Below, piece after piece: positions 1 to 8,305 of a stretch of DNA of 18,031 nucleotides (its first letter is position 1; each line of letters begins with the position of its first letter). The stretch is from an archaeon (GTDB lineage Archaea; SpSt-1190; DYHY01), in contig JAZDJS010000027.1 of the NCBI GenBank assembly GCA_043803745.1, forward strand, positions 1-18,031. Direction: 5' to 3'. A model generated the notes under the pieces. It made no database searches, was not told the DNA's origin, and saw nothing but the letters and a program-made list of their open reading frames with translations. A program made the translations under genes and the position numbers.

Positions 1-180
1 CTTGCGGCGGGAGGCTTGCTTGCCCTTTCCGCGGATTTCCAGCTCGGGGAGGGGATCCCTAAGCTGGCGGAAGAACTCGGGGAAGCGCATGTCATCGAAG
101 GCGGGAAACAGCTCGGCAGCCCGTTCACCCTTCAGAAAAACGCCCCGGAGGGGTATTATGGGACGTATTCGCGGATTTAG
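1..180 (+). CDS. 3' end of hypothetical protein (partial)
   Basis: Frame 1 is open from base 1 to TAG 178-180 (LAAGGLLALSADFQLGEGIPKLAEELGEAHVIEGG...GYYGTYSRI*) and overlaps the next start at 158, as in an operon. Confidence 0.55.
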   Translation, partial: LAAGGLLALSADFQLGEGIPKLAEELGEAHVIEGGKQLGSPFTLQKNAPEGYYGTYSRI

Positions 181-544
181 TCGGGCAGCCCAGGTTTCGA
201 TTGATTTCCTCTTCTTCGCGGTCGGAATTTCCCTTGTCTTCGTTTCCTTCCTTCACTTTGCAGTCGGACTTTCCGAGGGGATTTCCTCGGACTTTACCTT
301 CTTCCGGGATTTCTCCGGAATGTCCGTCGAGGGCGACCGGCTCCTCCTCAATCCGGAGAAGGGCCTTGCAGGAACCCGCTTCGGCAGGCCCGCTGACCAT
401 CTGCTCCGGGAAATCCCGGAGGGGCTCGTGATTAGTGCGGAAACCGGAAGAACTCTCAGGGAAGGAAACTCGACCGGCATATGCTCCTGGCGCGCCGGAG
501 TTTTTGAGGGGCGAGTCCTTCTTTTTTCAGTTTGTTCCCGCTAA
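158..544 (+). CDS. Class III signal peptide (archaeal pilin-like) protein, 128 aa
   Basis: ATG 158 gives MGRIRGFSRAA/QVSIDFLFFAVGISLVFVSFLHFAVG: basic leader, (G/A)Q-x-S-x-(D/E) prepilin motif, then a hydrophobic helix. The listed start at 2 is an over-extension. Confidence 0.7.
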   Translation: MGRIRGFSRAAQVSIDFLFFAVGISLVFVSFLHFAVGLSEGISSDFTFFRDFSGMSVEGDRLLLNPEKGLAGTRFGRPADHLLREIPEGLVISAETGRTLREGNSTGICSWRAGVFEGRVLLFSVCSR

Positions 545-547
545 AAC

Positions 548-555
548 TTTATAAA
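548..555 (+). promoter_or_regulatory. TATA box for the PIN gene (probably leaderless)
   Basis: TTTATAAA preceded by an A-rich BRE-like stretch, 22 nt before ATG 578. Confidence 0.6.
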
Positions 556-577
556 CTTGAAAGTGGTACTTTTTTAG

Positions 578-1117
578 ATGGGGGGTGCTGTGCGGTTTGT
601 CGACTATTCCGATTTGCCGAGGCTCTGCTCCGGATATGCTGCCAAGAACCGGCACAACCTGCTTGTTTTCGACCCCGCAAATATCGCGGGGCATTTGCCG
701 AGCGGCGGCAACAAAAAGGAAAGGAAAAAACGCGTTGCCGTTGGGCGTGCAATAGCGAACGACTGGACAACCTTGCTTTGCGCGGAAGCTGCTTATGACG
801 AACTCCAGCCGGGCTCCAAGAAAAAATTCGAAGGTGCGGGCGCCGAAATCTATGTCGTTAGGAAGGTTCCTTCAGCAAAACCCCCCGATGCAAACGGCGA
901 AATATCGGAAGGGGATTGGGCGACCATTTCCCTTGCGTTCCGTTTGGGCGAGTCAGTAAGTGGGAAAGGCATGCAGAATCCGGGAATCTATCTTGCTTCC
1001 GAGGATACGGACATTGTTTCGTGGAGGAATCCGTTGCTCAGAAAAATCAAGGACGCGGGTATCAAGGTTCTTCCGGATTATTCCGATTTGGCTCAACTGG
1101 TCAGGAAAGACTATTGA
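578..1117 (+). CDS. PIN-domain ribonuclease (VapC/Nob1/Fcf1-like)
   Basis: PIN acidic tetrad in the expected contexts: LLVFD32PAN, AAYDE75L, ISEGD113WATISLA, IYLASED143TD145. Confidence 0.7.
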   Translation: MGGAVRFVDYSDLPRLCSGYAAKNRHNLLVFDPANIAGHLPSGGNKKERKKRVAVGRAIANDWTTLLCAEAAYDELQPGSKKKFEGAGAEIYVVRKVPSAKPPDANGEISEGDWATISLAFRLGESVSGKGMQNPGIYLASEDTDIVSWRNPLLRKIKDAGIKVLPDYSDLAQLVRKDY

Positions 1118-1797
1118 AATCCGCTGAGGAGGTCGAGGAGCGCGGCTTTCTTGTCCGTTGCAAGGTCGAAATATGCCGCAAGAAGGACTCCGTCCGTTCC
1201 GAGCTCAATCGCAGCCCGGACATCTTTTCCGCCCGCAACTCCGGCCCCGCAGAGAACCGGAACTTTCGAAACCCGCTTCACAGCTTCCGCAGCATCCGAG
1301 ACGAACTTGGGCTTGAGGACCGAAACCGACTTGAGCGTTCCGATTAGCTCGGGGAATTCGATTGAGATGAAATCAGGCCCGAGCTTTGCAACCTCGACCG
1401 CTTCCTCGGTGTTCTTGACGCATACAATTGTCGTCAGCCCGGCCTGCCTGCACCGCCCAAGAGTCACCTTCACCTGCTCAAGAGGGATCTGATGCTCCGC
1501 ATGGTTCAGTATTGTCCCGACTGCGCCGGCTTCCTTCAGGTTCTCCGGGCTGACGAACCCGGTGTTTTTCCCGGGAACGATTGGGTCGACGTGCTGGCCG
1601 AAAACTTTCGCGTGCTTCGATTGTTCAGCAACCCGGGAAAGGTCAAGGGCTGTTGCGGCAAGTATTACTTCAATTCCTTTCGGCTTTTCCGTTCCAAGGA
1701 TTGCCTCGACCATTTTCGCCAGTCCGACTGCCCGCGCACCAGTTGATTCCGGATATGTCTTCAGGTTGAGAACGAGATACTTGTTTCCCTTGGTCAT
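1111..1797 (-). CDS. tpiA: Triosephosphate isomerase, archaeal type, 228 aa
   Basis: LNLKTY, QHVD, GTILNHAEH, IEFPELIG, VLCGAGV, GTDGVLLA. Start set at ATG 1797, with minus-strand TTTAAAAA at 1828-1821. Confidence 0.95.
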   Translation of the reverse strand: MTKGNKYLVLNLKTYPESTGARAVGLAKMVEAILGTEKPKGIEVILAATALDLSRVAEQSKHAKVFGQHVDPIVPGKNTGFVSPENLKEAGAVGTILNHAEHQIPLEQVKVTLGRCRQAGLTTIVCVKNTEEAVEVAKLGPDFISIEFPELIGTLKSVSVLKPKFVSDAAEAVKRVSKVPVLCGAGVAGGKDVRAAIELGTDGVLLAAYFDLATDKKAALLDLLSGFQ

Positions 1798-1840
1798 TTT
1801 CAAATTGTCGACGCCCCCGCTTTTTAAATTCAAACCTCGG

Positions 1841-2800
1841 CTATGCCTTAAACTCCTCTTTCCCCTCGTAAACCCGCATTGCGAACTGCGCATCCTTGCC
1901 GCCTATCGTTATTGCGGAAATTCCGTTGCAGAACCTTATCGCTTCCTCAAGCGGCTTCTGGTGGACGTTCCGTCCGGTCGCGTTCCCCATCGCTCCGCTG
2001 ACGTGTATCTGCTTGTGAAGGTTTTCGAAGAATTTTTCCGGGGCAGTTGATCCTCCGCCAGCGCAGATTACCCGGCATCTTCCGGCGGCAACAACCGCTT
2101 CCTTGAACGCCTCGTAAGGGTCCGCTCCCTCCGGAGCCCCAATGGGAACCTTCGGGAAACTCACTTTAACGAAATCGGCGCCAAGACAGGCAATTGTCCC
2201 GGTAGCCCCGGCAATAAGATGGGGGTCCGTCTCATTCGCAACTGCTTTCCCGCGCGGATAACACCAAATCACTACAATGAGCCCGTTCCTGTGGGCGCTT
2301 GCAACAAGCCTTCCCGCTTCGGAAAGGTTTTCCGCCTCGAATTCGCTTCCAAGGTAAACAGTATAGCCGACTGCGGCTATCTTCAGGCCCGAGGATTTTT
2401 TCAGCGCAAGCACGTCGTCAATGTCAATCAGGCTCTTTGATTCCGGGTCCCTCTGGGCGGTCTTGACAAGATGGGATTTTGAATTCATTTTGACAAGGTA
2501 GTTTATTCCCGGATAATCCTTCCCATAATGCGAAATCAGCCCGTACTGGGTTGCGAAACATCCGATTGTCGCCCTGCTCGCAATCCGGAAAAGGTGCTCC
2601 GGGTCGTTGTCCTCCGGCGAGATTTTCCCCTCCTTGCTTTCCCCGAAATAATCGTCGTTCAGGTGCTCTATCTTCTGGTCCCCGGCAAAGAGCATCAACC
2701 GTCCAGTCTCGTGCGTAATAGCTCGGAAATTCCCCTCATACGTCTTCCTCATTTCCTGCGGAACGTCCGCGGGAATCCTGCTTTTCTCCGTCTGGTTCAT
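1841..2800 (-). CDS. fba: Class I fructose-bisphosphate aldolase (DhnA/archaeal family)
   Basis: LFAGDQKIEH, VGYTVYLGSEFE, WCYPRG, LGADFVKV (Schiff-base Lys), GNATGRNVHQ. ATGA overlap with glpX. Confidence 0.92.
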   Translation of the reverse strand: MNQTEKSRIPADVPQEMRKTYEGNFRAITHETGRLMLFAGDQKIEHLNDDYFGESKEGKISPEDNDPEHLFRIASRATIGCFATQYGLISHYGKDYPGINYLVKMNSKSHLVKTAQRDPESKSLIDIDDVLALKKSSGLKIAAVGYTVYLGSEFEAENLSEAGRLVASAHRNGLIVVIWCYPRGKAVANETDPHLIAGATGTIACLGADFVKVSFPKVPIGAPEGADPYEAFKEAVVAAGRCRVICAGGGSTAPEKFFENLHKQIHVSGAMGNATGRNVHQKPLEEAIRFCNGISAITIGGKDAQFAMRVYEGKEEFKA

Positions 2801-3774
2801 TTCTCCCGTTTCTCCTCCTTCTGCTCGTCATCCCCTGCAAGATGCGTCGCGTTAAGCACCCTCAGCGTTTTCGTTTTCGCGCGCATGATGATTGTCTGGG
2901 TGGTTATCTTGCCTGAATCGAACCTCACTCCCTCGAGGAAGGGCCCTTCGGTTATTCCGGTCGCAATGAAGATGCATTCGTTGCTCCTGACAAGCTTGTC
3001 GAGGTTCATTTTTTCGTCAAGGTTGGAAATTCCCATTTTCCGGGCGCGTTCCCGCTGGGCCTCGTCCTTGTACTGGAGCCGTCCCTGCATGAAGCCTCCG
3101 AGGCATTTCAGGGCTGCTGCCGCGAGGACGCCTTCCGGGGCTGCGCCGATTCCAAGGAGAAGGTCTATTCCTGATTTCTCGATGCTTGGCGCAATCGCTC
3201 CGGAGATGTCGCCGTCGGAAATGAGGCGTATTCTCGCGCCGGTTTTCCGGATTTCCTTGATGAGGCTCTCGTGGCGCGGGCGGTCAAGGACGATTACGGT
3301 GACTTCGCTGACCGGCTTGCCCAACGCTTTCGCAACCGCCCGGATGTTCGCCTCAACCGACTTGTCAAGGTCGACCGCATCCTTCGCAAGGGGACCGACC
3401 GAAATCTTGTTCATGTAGAGGTCGGGAGCGTGGAGTAGCGTTCCCTTCGGAGATACCACGAGGACGGACATCGCGTTCCCGAGGCCGAACGCGACGCTGT
3501 TCGTGCATTCCAGGGGGTCGACCGCAATGTCGAACTGCTCCTTCGCCTCCGGGTTCCCGACAACCTCGCCAATGAAAAGCATCGGCGCCTCGTCCCGTTC
3601 GCCCTCGCCAATAACGACTGTCCCGCTGAGCTCGAGCTTGTTGAGGCGCGCGCGCATTGCCTCGACAGCAACCCTGTCCGCTTCGTGCCGGTCCCCGCGG
3701 CCGACAAGGCGGGCGGAGGCAATCGCAGCATCTTCAGTAACCCTTGCGAAATCAAGCATGAATGCCCGAGGCAT
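2797..3774 (-). CDS. glpX: Fructose-1,6-bisphosphatase class II (GlpX; family includes FBP/SBPases)
   Basis: VVIGEGERDEAPMLFIGE, DIAVDPLECTN, LDRPRH, LISDGDI, GAAPEGVLAAAALKCLGG, ATGITEG. SD-like GAGGAGGG upstream. Confidence 0.95.
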   Translation of the reverse strand: MPRAFMLDFARVTEDAAIASARLVGRGDRHEADRVAVEAMRARLNKLELSGTVVIGEGERDEAPMLFIGEVVGNPEAKEQFDIAVDPLECTNSVAFGLGNAMSVLVVSPKGTLLHAPDLYMNKISVGPLAKDAVDLDKSVEANIRAVAKALGKPVSEVTVIVLDRPRHESLIKEIRKTGARIRLISDGDISGAIAPSIEKSGIDLLLGIGAAPEGVLAAAALKCLGGFMQGRLQYKDEAQRERARKMGISNLDEKMNLDKLVRSNECIFIATGITEGPFLEGVRFDSGKITTQTIIMRAKTKTLRVLNATHLAGDDEQKEEKREK

Positions 3775-3821
3775 TCTCAGACCCTCCTCAGTTGAGCCAT
3801 TCCCGCTCTAGACTCCGGGGG

Positions 3822-3861
3822 TTTAAAAAGGTAATACATTGTATTACGTTTTGCTTTATAA
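3822..3861. promoter_or_regulatory. Divergent TATA boxes flanking a perfect palindrome
   Basis: Minus-strand TTTTTAAA (3829-3822), palindrome GTAATACA-T-TGTATTAC (3831-3847), plus-strand TTTATAA (3855-3861). Confidence 0.65.
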
Positions 3862-3944
3862 GGGATTTCGGGGTTGTCCGGGACTTTCACTTTCCGGAGT
3901 GGCGGGGATTTTTAATCGCGGAGGGCACTCTTTACTGGAAGAAA

Positions 3945-4649
3945 GTGGACGACGCCGAAGTCTTCGCATATGTTGAAAAGCATTTGTCGAAGGTGCAAAG
4001 GCCCGAGTTCTATCCGCTCCTTCCCAAGGATTCCGGCCCGGAGGGAAGCCCGGCTTTCTTCAGGCGAGTCTGCGAGCTCACCTTCCCGGCAGTTGCCGAC
4101 TATCTTGGGGCTGGAACTCTTGAGCCGCCGGAAATTTTCTGCCCCGATGACAGCGGGTTTGACAGTCTCGCCGGGATAATCTCAAAAGATGCGGGAATAC
4201 AGAAGCGCAGCGCGAAGAGGCGGCTGGAAAGGACTGCGGATCCCGCGACAATAACTTTCGCCTCAAGAGAGCCCGCAATATGGTCCGGATATTTCCGTCC
4301 GCAAAGCCAGAGATTCTACAGGGACGCTGCGCCCGAGGAATGCGCGCACTATTCCCACCTTATGCTCGCGCATTCCGCGATCGGGAATGAAAACGAGATT
4401 TTCATCGAAGGGCTTGCGAGCGGAGTCGTTTCCGAGATTGGCTCGCTCCTTCCGGAATATTTGGATGTCTCCCGGAGGGAAACTGCAAGGCAGATACAGG
4501 CAATATATGATTTGAAGATGGCTGAAACTCTTCCGGAGACAATAGAGTTCGACAACCGCGTTTTCGGCAGGGCCTGGTATGCCCTCGCAACTCTCGGGAT
4601 GGGCTCTCCTGAGAAACGGGAGTTCCTCGGAAGGGTGGCCAGACTCTAG
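3945..4649 (+). CDS. Hypothetical protein with zincin-like EExxH...E motif; start uncertain
   Basis: EECAHYSH (4335-4358) followed by FIEGLAS. The listed start at 3762 overlaps glpX and its promoter; GTG 3945 is the first canonical in-frame start past the promoter region. Confidence 0.6.
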   Translation: MDDAEVFAYVEKHLSKVQRPEFYPLLPKDSGPEGSPAFFRRVCELTFPAVADYLGAGTLEPPEIFCPDDSGFDSLAGIISKDAGIQKRSAKRRLERTADPATITFASREPAIWSGYFRPQSQRFYRDAAPEECAHYSHLMLAHSAIGNENEIFIEGLASGVVSEIGSLLPEYLDVSRRETARQIQAIYDLKMAETLPETIEFDNRVFGRAWYALATLGMGSPEKREFLGRVARL

Positions 4650-4672
4650 AAGCCGCCAGTTAGCTCATTCAT

Positions 4673-5929
4673 TTATTCATACCTGAGCGCATCGACCGGC
4701 TTGAGCTTCGAAGCCTGGTATGCGGGGATTATGCCGGCAAGAATCCCGACCGAGACCGAGACCGCCATTGCGACCGACTTGAGGGAAATTATCCCGCCGC
4801 TGCGGATGAAAGGAGTTCCGCCTATTATCGCCGGAAGGAGGCCTGAGAAAACTACTCCCAAAAGTATTCCAAGGCAGCCGCCGACGAGTCCTATCAGCGC
4901 CGCGTTCATCAGGAATATCGTCAGGATGTCCGAGTTCCTCGCCCCGACGGATTTCATTATCCCTATCTCCTTCGTGCGCTCGAGAACTGAGGTGAACATT
5001 GTGTTCGCAACGCCTATTGCCCCGACAATCAGGGAAACCGCGGCAAGCGCCAAGAGGAATGTTTGAACCGAGCTCATTGCGCTGCTTCTGGCCTGCTGGG
5101 CGTTCTGGTTCGAGGAAACTGTAAAGTCGATTGTCTTGTTGGTTACGTGCCTTGAATTCATCAGCCGGGCCTTTATTTTCGAGACCGCCGAATCGACATT
5201 GTCGGCGTCCCTGACCTTGACGATTATAGAGTCATACTCTCCAGAAACCTTGTCGGCGATTATCTGGGAAGCTGCGCTTATAGGCATGTAAACCGAATTG
5301 CTTGACTCGTTGAGTATCCCGACAACCCGGTAGGAACCCGTACCGAGCGTTAGCATTTTGTTAAGCCCTATTGGCTTGTCGAAATAGGATTCCGCAAGCC
5401 GTCCTCCGATTACGATTACGTTCTGGTCGGCGGAGTCCAGGAACCTTCCTTCGCCAAGGGTGTTGGTCGTTATCTTCGACCAGACGCTTTGGTCAACGCC
5501 GGTTACCTGGACCGTCCCGCTTTTCCCCATATAAACCGCCTTGACCGAGCCCCTGATTTCGGTTTCTATCATGCCGAGGTCCGCTATCCCCTTCAGGACC
5601 TGGACATCTGACTTTGTCAAAGTCACGTTGGTGCTTGCGGAAGAAGATTGACTTGAGAAAATTCTCGCTTCTCCGGAGGCTTCCCCGGGAGGGGGCCCGC
5701 CGAACCCGAGGAAGCTTGCGCCCCTCGAGGCGCCGGGGGTTATTGTGACAAGGTCGGCCCCGAGCCCGCCAAGCTGGTTCTGGAGGGTGCTTTGCATTCC
5801 TTCGCCAAGGGAAACTATCGATATAACTGACGCGACCCCGATTACAATCCCCAGAATCGTGAGCCAGCTCCTTAGCTTGCTGTGGAGGACCATGTCAAGC
5901 GCATGCTTGAAAGACTTGGCTGGTTTCAT
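4673..5929 (-). CDS. MacB/FtsX-family ABC transporter permease
   Basis: KLRSWLTILGIVIGVASVI, large extracytoplasmic domain, VGAIGVANTMFTSVLERTKEIGIMKSVGA, PAYQASKLKPVDALRYE. Confidence 0.95.
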   Translation of the reverse strand: MKPAKSFKHALDMVLHSKLRSWLTILGIVIGVASVISIVSLGEGMQSTLQNQLGGLGADLVTITPGASRGASFLGFGGPPPGEASGEARIFSSQSSSASTNVTLTKSDVQVLKGIADLGMIETEIRGSVKAVYMGKSGTVQVTGVDQSVWSKITTNTLGEGRFLDSADQNVIVIGGRLAESYFDKPIGLNKMLTLGTGSYRVVGILNESSNSVYMPISAASQIIADKVSGEYDSIIVKVRDADNVDSAVSKIKARLMNSRHVTNKTIDFTVSSNQNAQQARSSAMSSVQTFLLALAAVSLIVGAIGVANTMFTSVLERTKEIGIMKSVGARNSDILTIFLMNAALIGLVGGCLGILLGVVFSGLLPAIIGGTPFIRSGGIISLKSVAMAVSVSVGILAGIIPAYQASKLKPVDALRYE

Positions 5930-5978
5930 CTGGCTCGTTTCACTCTCCGAATGACGTTCCCGGTTTTAGCGCGCCCGC

Positions 5979-7478
5979 CTACTTCCTGTCGCCCTTCAGT
6001 CCGGCCGCGGGCTTTTTTTTCGGGAAGAAAAACCCCTTCAACGTAAGGTCTGGATTGTCCTTTTTCTTCGCCCTGTAGAAAAGGTAGGCGACAACGAGAG
6101 TTATCGCCGCCCCGGAACCAATCAGGGGCCACATATATTTCACGAAAACGCTCTGTTGTTGCTGCTGCCTGGTCCTCTGCCCGACAAATCCAACGCCCGG
6201 AACAAACTGGTCCGCTGCTGAGGAAAGCGCGGTCTGACTGGAAGAAGCCTGGCTCAGGGCAGCCACAGTTTTCTCAACAATCTGCCGGGCGCCTGTCGTG
6301 TCCGTATATGCTATCTCGACTTTGACGCTCCCCTGGGTCTGGCTGGAGAAATTTCCCCGGGGCGCTCCTGTGAAGTTCGAAGCCGCCCGTGAAGAAGAGA
6401 GCACGAAGCTTGTCGAAGTGTAATCCCCTGTGTTTAGGTTCCCTATCATTGCCGAGCTTGATCCGGTCACGGACCATCCGCTTTGGGATGGAATCCTTAC
6501 CGAAACCGAATAGGCGGGATTGCTCCCTATGTTGGCGATGCTGAACGAGGTGGATTCGCCTGAGCTTTCCGAAATCGAAACATCGAAATCGGTCCCTCCT
6601 CCGACGTAAATCCCGGCGGTTGTGGAAATCGTCCTCTGGGAGCTTGTCTGGGTTGAATCGTCGTAGGAAATTGAAAGGTTCAGCTTGTATAGCCCTGCCG
6701 AAGCGCTCGAGTCGGCAAGGACGAGATATGAAACGTTCCTGCTTTCCCCAACATCAAGGAAGCTTATGTGTTTCGTGTTGTCGCTTCCCAGCGGAAGTAT
6801 TGCGCCGTCCGAATTCTGCCAGCTGAAAACGAGGTTCTTGAGGGATGCGCTCCCGACGTTTTTTATTGTGAATGTTATCGGGGTTTCCGCTCCCGGAATC
6901 AGGAGGGTCTTGTCTATTGCCGAGACCTCAACGCCCTCCTTGCTTGAAACTGAAAAGTCGAGGGTCTGCTCCCCGGAAAGCACTTTGTTGGAATATCTCA
7001 CATTCAGCTCATATGTCCCTGCGGGAGCATCCTTGTCAACGAGCACACGGTATTTCACTATCTGCGCATCCTCCCCGGAAAGGGTGCCCTGGTATCCCTG
7101 AAGGGTCCCGATGTTCTGGACTGCCTGCGTGCCCTCAAGTAGTTTTATCGGATAAAGCTCGACAAGCTCGACTGAAAGGTTCTCTATTTCCTTCCCGCCG
7201 GTGTTGAATATTGAAAGCCGTATCTCTGCTTGCTGGCCCGCTGCGGCGGGGTCCGGTGTCTGGCTTGTGAGACCGACAACTATCCCGTAGGCATCCGCGC
7301 TGCCCATCCTAACTGAGAAAGCCGCCGGAATTGCTGCGGAAAAAACGGCTAGCATCAAGAATGTGATTGCCGCGAAAGCAAAAGCGCCCTTTCTATCCTT
7401 TCCGCTGTTTTCACCCTTCCCACTATTCCCCGCCTCGATTTTCGTTGTTCCGAATTTCTTTGCATTTTTCATTTCCAA
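5979..7478 (-). CDS. COG1361-type S-layer-domain / Ig-like membrane-anchored protein
   Basis: N-terminal hydrophobic signal, QTPDPAAAG, repeated beta-rich modules with xNxG motifs (FNTGG, KNVGS, ANIGS), C-terminal TM helix plus basic tail. Lies between the ABC ATPase and permease. Confidence 0.8.
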   Translation of the reverse strand: MEMKNAKKFGTTKIEAGNSGKGENSGKDRKGAFAFAAITFLMLAVFSAAIPAAFSVRMGSADAYGIVVGLTSQTPDPAAAGQQAEIRLSIFNTGGKEIENLSVELVELYPIKLLEGTQAVQNIGTLQGYQGTLSGEDAQIVKYRVLVDKDAPAGTYELNVRYSNKVLSGEQTLDFSVSSKEGVEVSAIDKTLLIPGAETPITFTIKNVGSASLKNLVFSWQNSDGAILPLGSDNTKHISFLDVGESRNVSYLVLADSSASAGLYKLNLSISYDDSTQTSSQRTISTTAGIYVGGGTDFDVSISESSGESTSFSIANIGSNPAYSVSVRIPSQSGWSVTGSSSAMIGNLNTGDYTSTSFVLSSSRAASNFTGAPRGNFSSQTQGSVKVEIAYTDTTGARQIVEKTVAALSQASSSQTALSSAADQFVPGVGFVGQRTRQQQQQSVFVKYMWPLIGSGAAITLVVAYLFYRAKKKDNPDLTLKGFFFPKKKPAAGLKGDRK

Positions 7479-7500
7479 TCGGTTCTCCTTCTTCCTTTTC

Positions 7501-8211
7501 TCAGCTGTTCTCCAGTCTTCGTATTATTTTTCCGTCCTTCAGCTCGATTATCTTCTCAGCATATTTCGCAAGGCTGATGTCATGTGTAACCAGTATCACG
7601 GTCTTTCCCTGCTCCTTCCAGAGCCGCCTAAGGAGCTCCAAGATATCCCGTCCCGTTGCGCTGTCAAGGGCGCCGGTCGGCTCGTCTGCGAGGATTATCT
7701 CGGGGTCGTTCGCAAGGCTCCTTGCAACAGAGACCCTCTGCTGCTGTCCGCCCGAAAGCTGCGAAGGCCTGTTCCCGAGGCGGTCCGAAAGCCCCACAAG
7801 GCCCAGGACTTCCCTCGCCCGCTTGTCCGCAATGCCGGCAGCAGCCTCCTGGAATTCAAGGGGCAAAAGGACGTTTTCCAAGGCGGACATTGAATGTATA
7901 AGGTTGTATTGTTGGAAAACAAAGCCGATTGTCTTCCCTCGGAAAGCCGCAAGCTCGGATTCGCCCAGGGTGCTGATGTCTTTCCCCTTGAGATAGATGC
8001 TTCCCCGGGAAGGGAGGTCAAGGCAGCCCATCAAGTTCATCAGGGTTGATTTCCCGCTTCCGGAAGCCCCGATTATTGAAACAAACTCCCCCTTCATTAT
8101 TTCAAGGCTTATTTCCCGCAGGGCGTTAAGCTCAGTCTCGCCCATCCTGTAGGCTTTCCAAACCCGCTCAAGGCGGAGTATTGGCTGGCGTGTTTTCTGC
8201 TCTGCGGTCAT
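7501..8211 (-). CDS. ABC transporter ATP-binding protein (LolD/MacB family)
   Basis: GASGSGKST, FVFQQYNL, LSGGQQQRV, ILADEPTGALD, VTHD. Confidence 0.97.
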   Translation of the reverse strand: MTAEQKTRQPILRLERVWKAYRMGETELNALREISLEIMKGEFVSIIGASGSGKSTLMNLMGCLDLPSRGSIYLKGKDISTLGESELAAFRGKTIGFVFQQYNLIHSMSALENVLLPLEFQEAAAGIADKRAREVLGLVGLSDRLGNRPSQLSGGQQQRVSVARSLANDPEIILADEPTGALDSATGRDILELLRRLWKEQGKTVILVTHDISLAKYAEKIIELKDGKIIRRLENS

Positions 8212-8241
8212 GATTTTCCCGGTTGAGTTGCCCGCTTTCCG

Positions 8242-8281
8242 TTATAAACAAGGTGTACGGGAGGTCCACAAGTTTTTATAA
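8242..8281. promoter_or_regulatory. Symmetric divergent promoter with central imperfect palindrome
   Basis: TTATAAA (8242-8248) and TTTATAA (8275-8281) are mutual reverse complements. GTGTAC-N5-GTCCAC (8253-8269) lies at the centre. Confidence 0.65.
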
Positions 8282-8305
8282 GGAAAATTGCCTGATTGGG
8301 ATGAA

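Noticed and set aside
2528-3418. 296-aa plus-strand ORF and other long antisense ORFs (e.g. 7367-7996, 10628-11215, 12470-13237, 14027-14575)
   Set aside because: Shadow frames opposite well-supported genes in GC-rich DNA, with no motifs.
6153-6167. Poly-Gln tract in the COG1361 protein as a contingency repeat
   Set aside because: Only five codons with mixed CAG/CAA, in a low-complexity linker.
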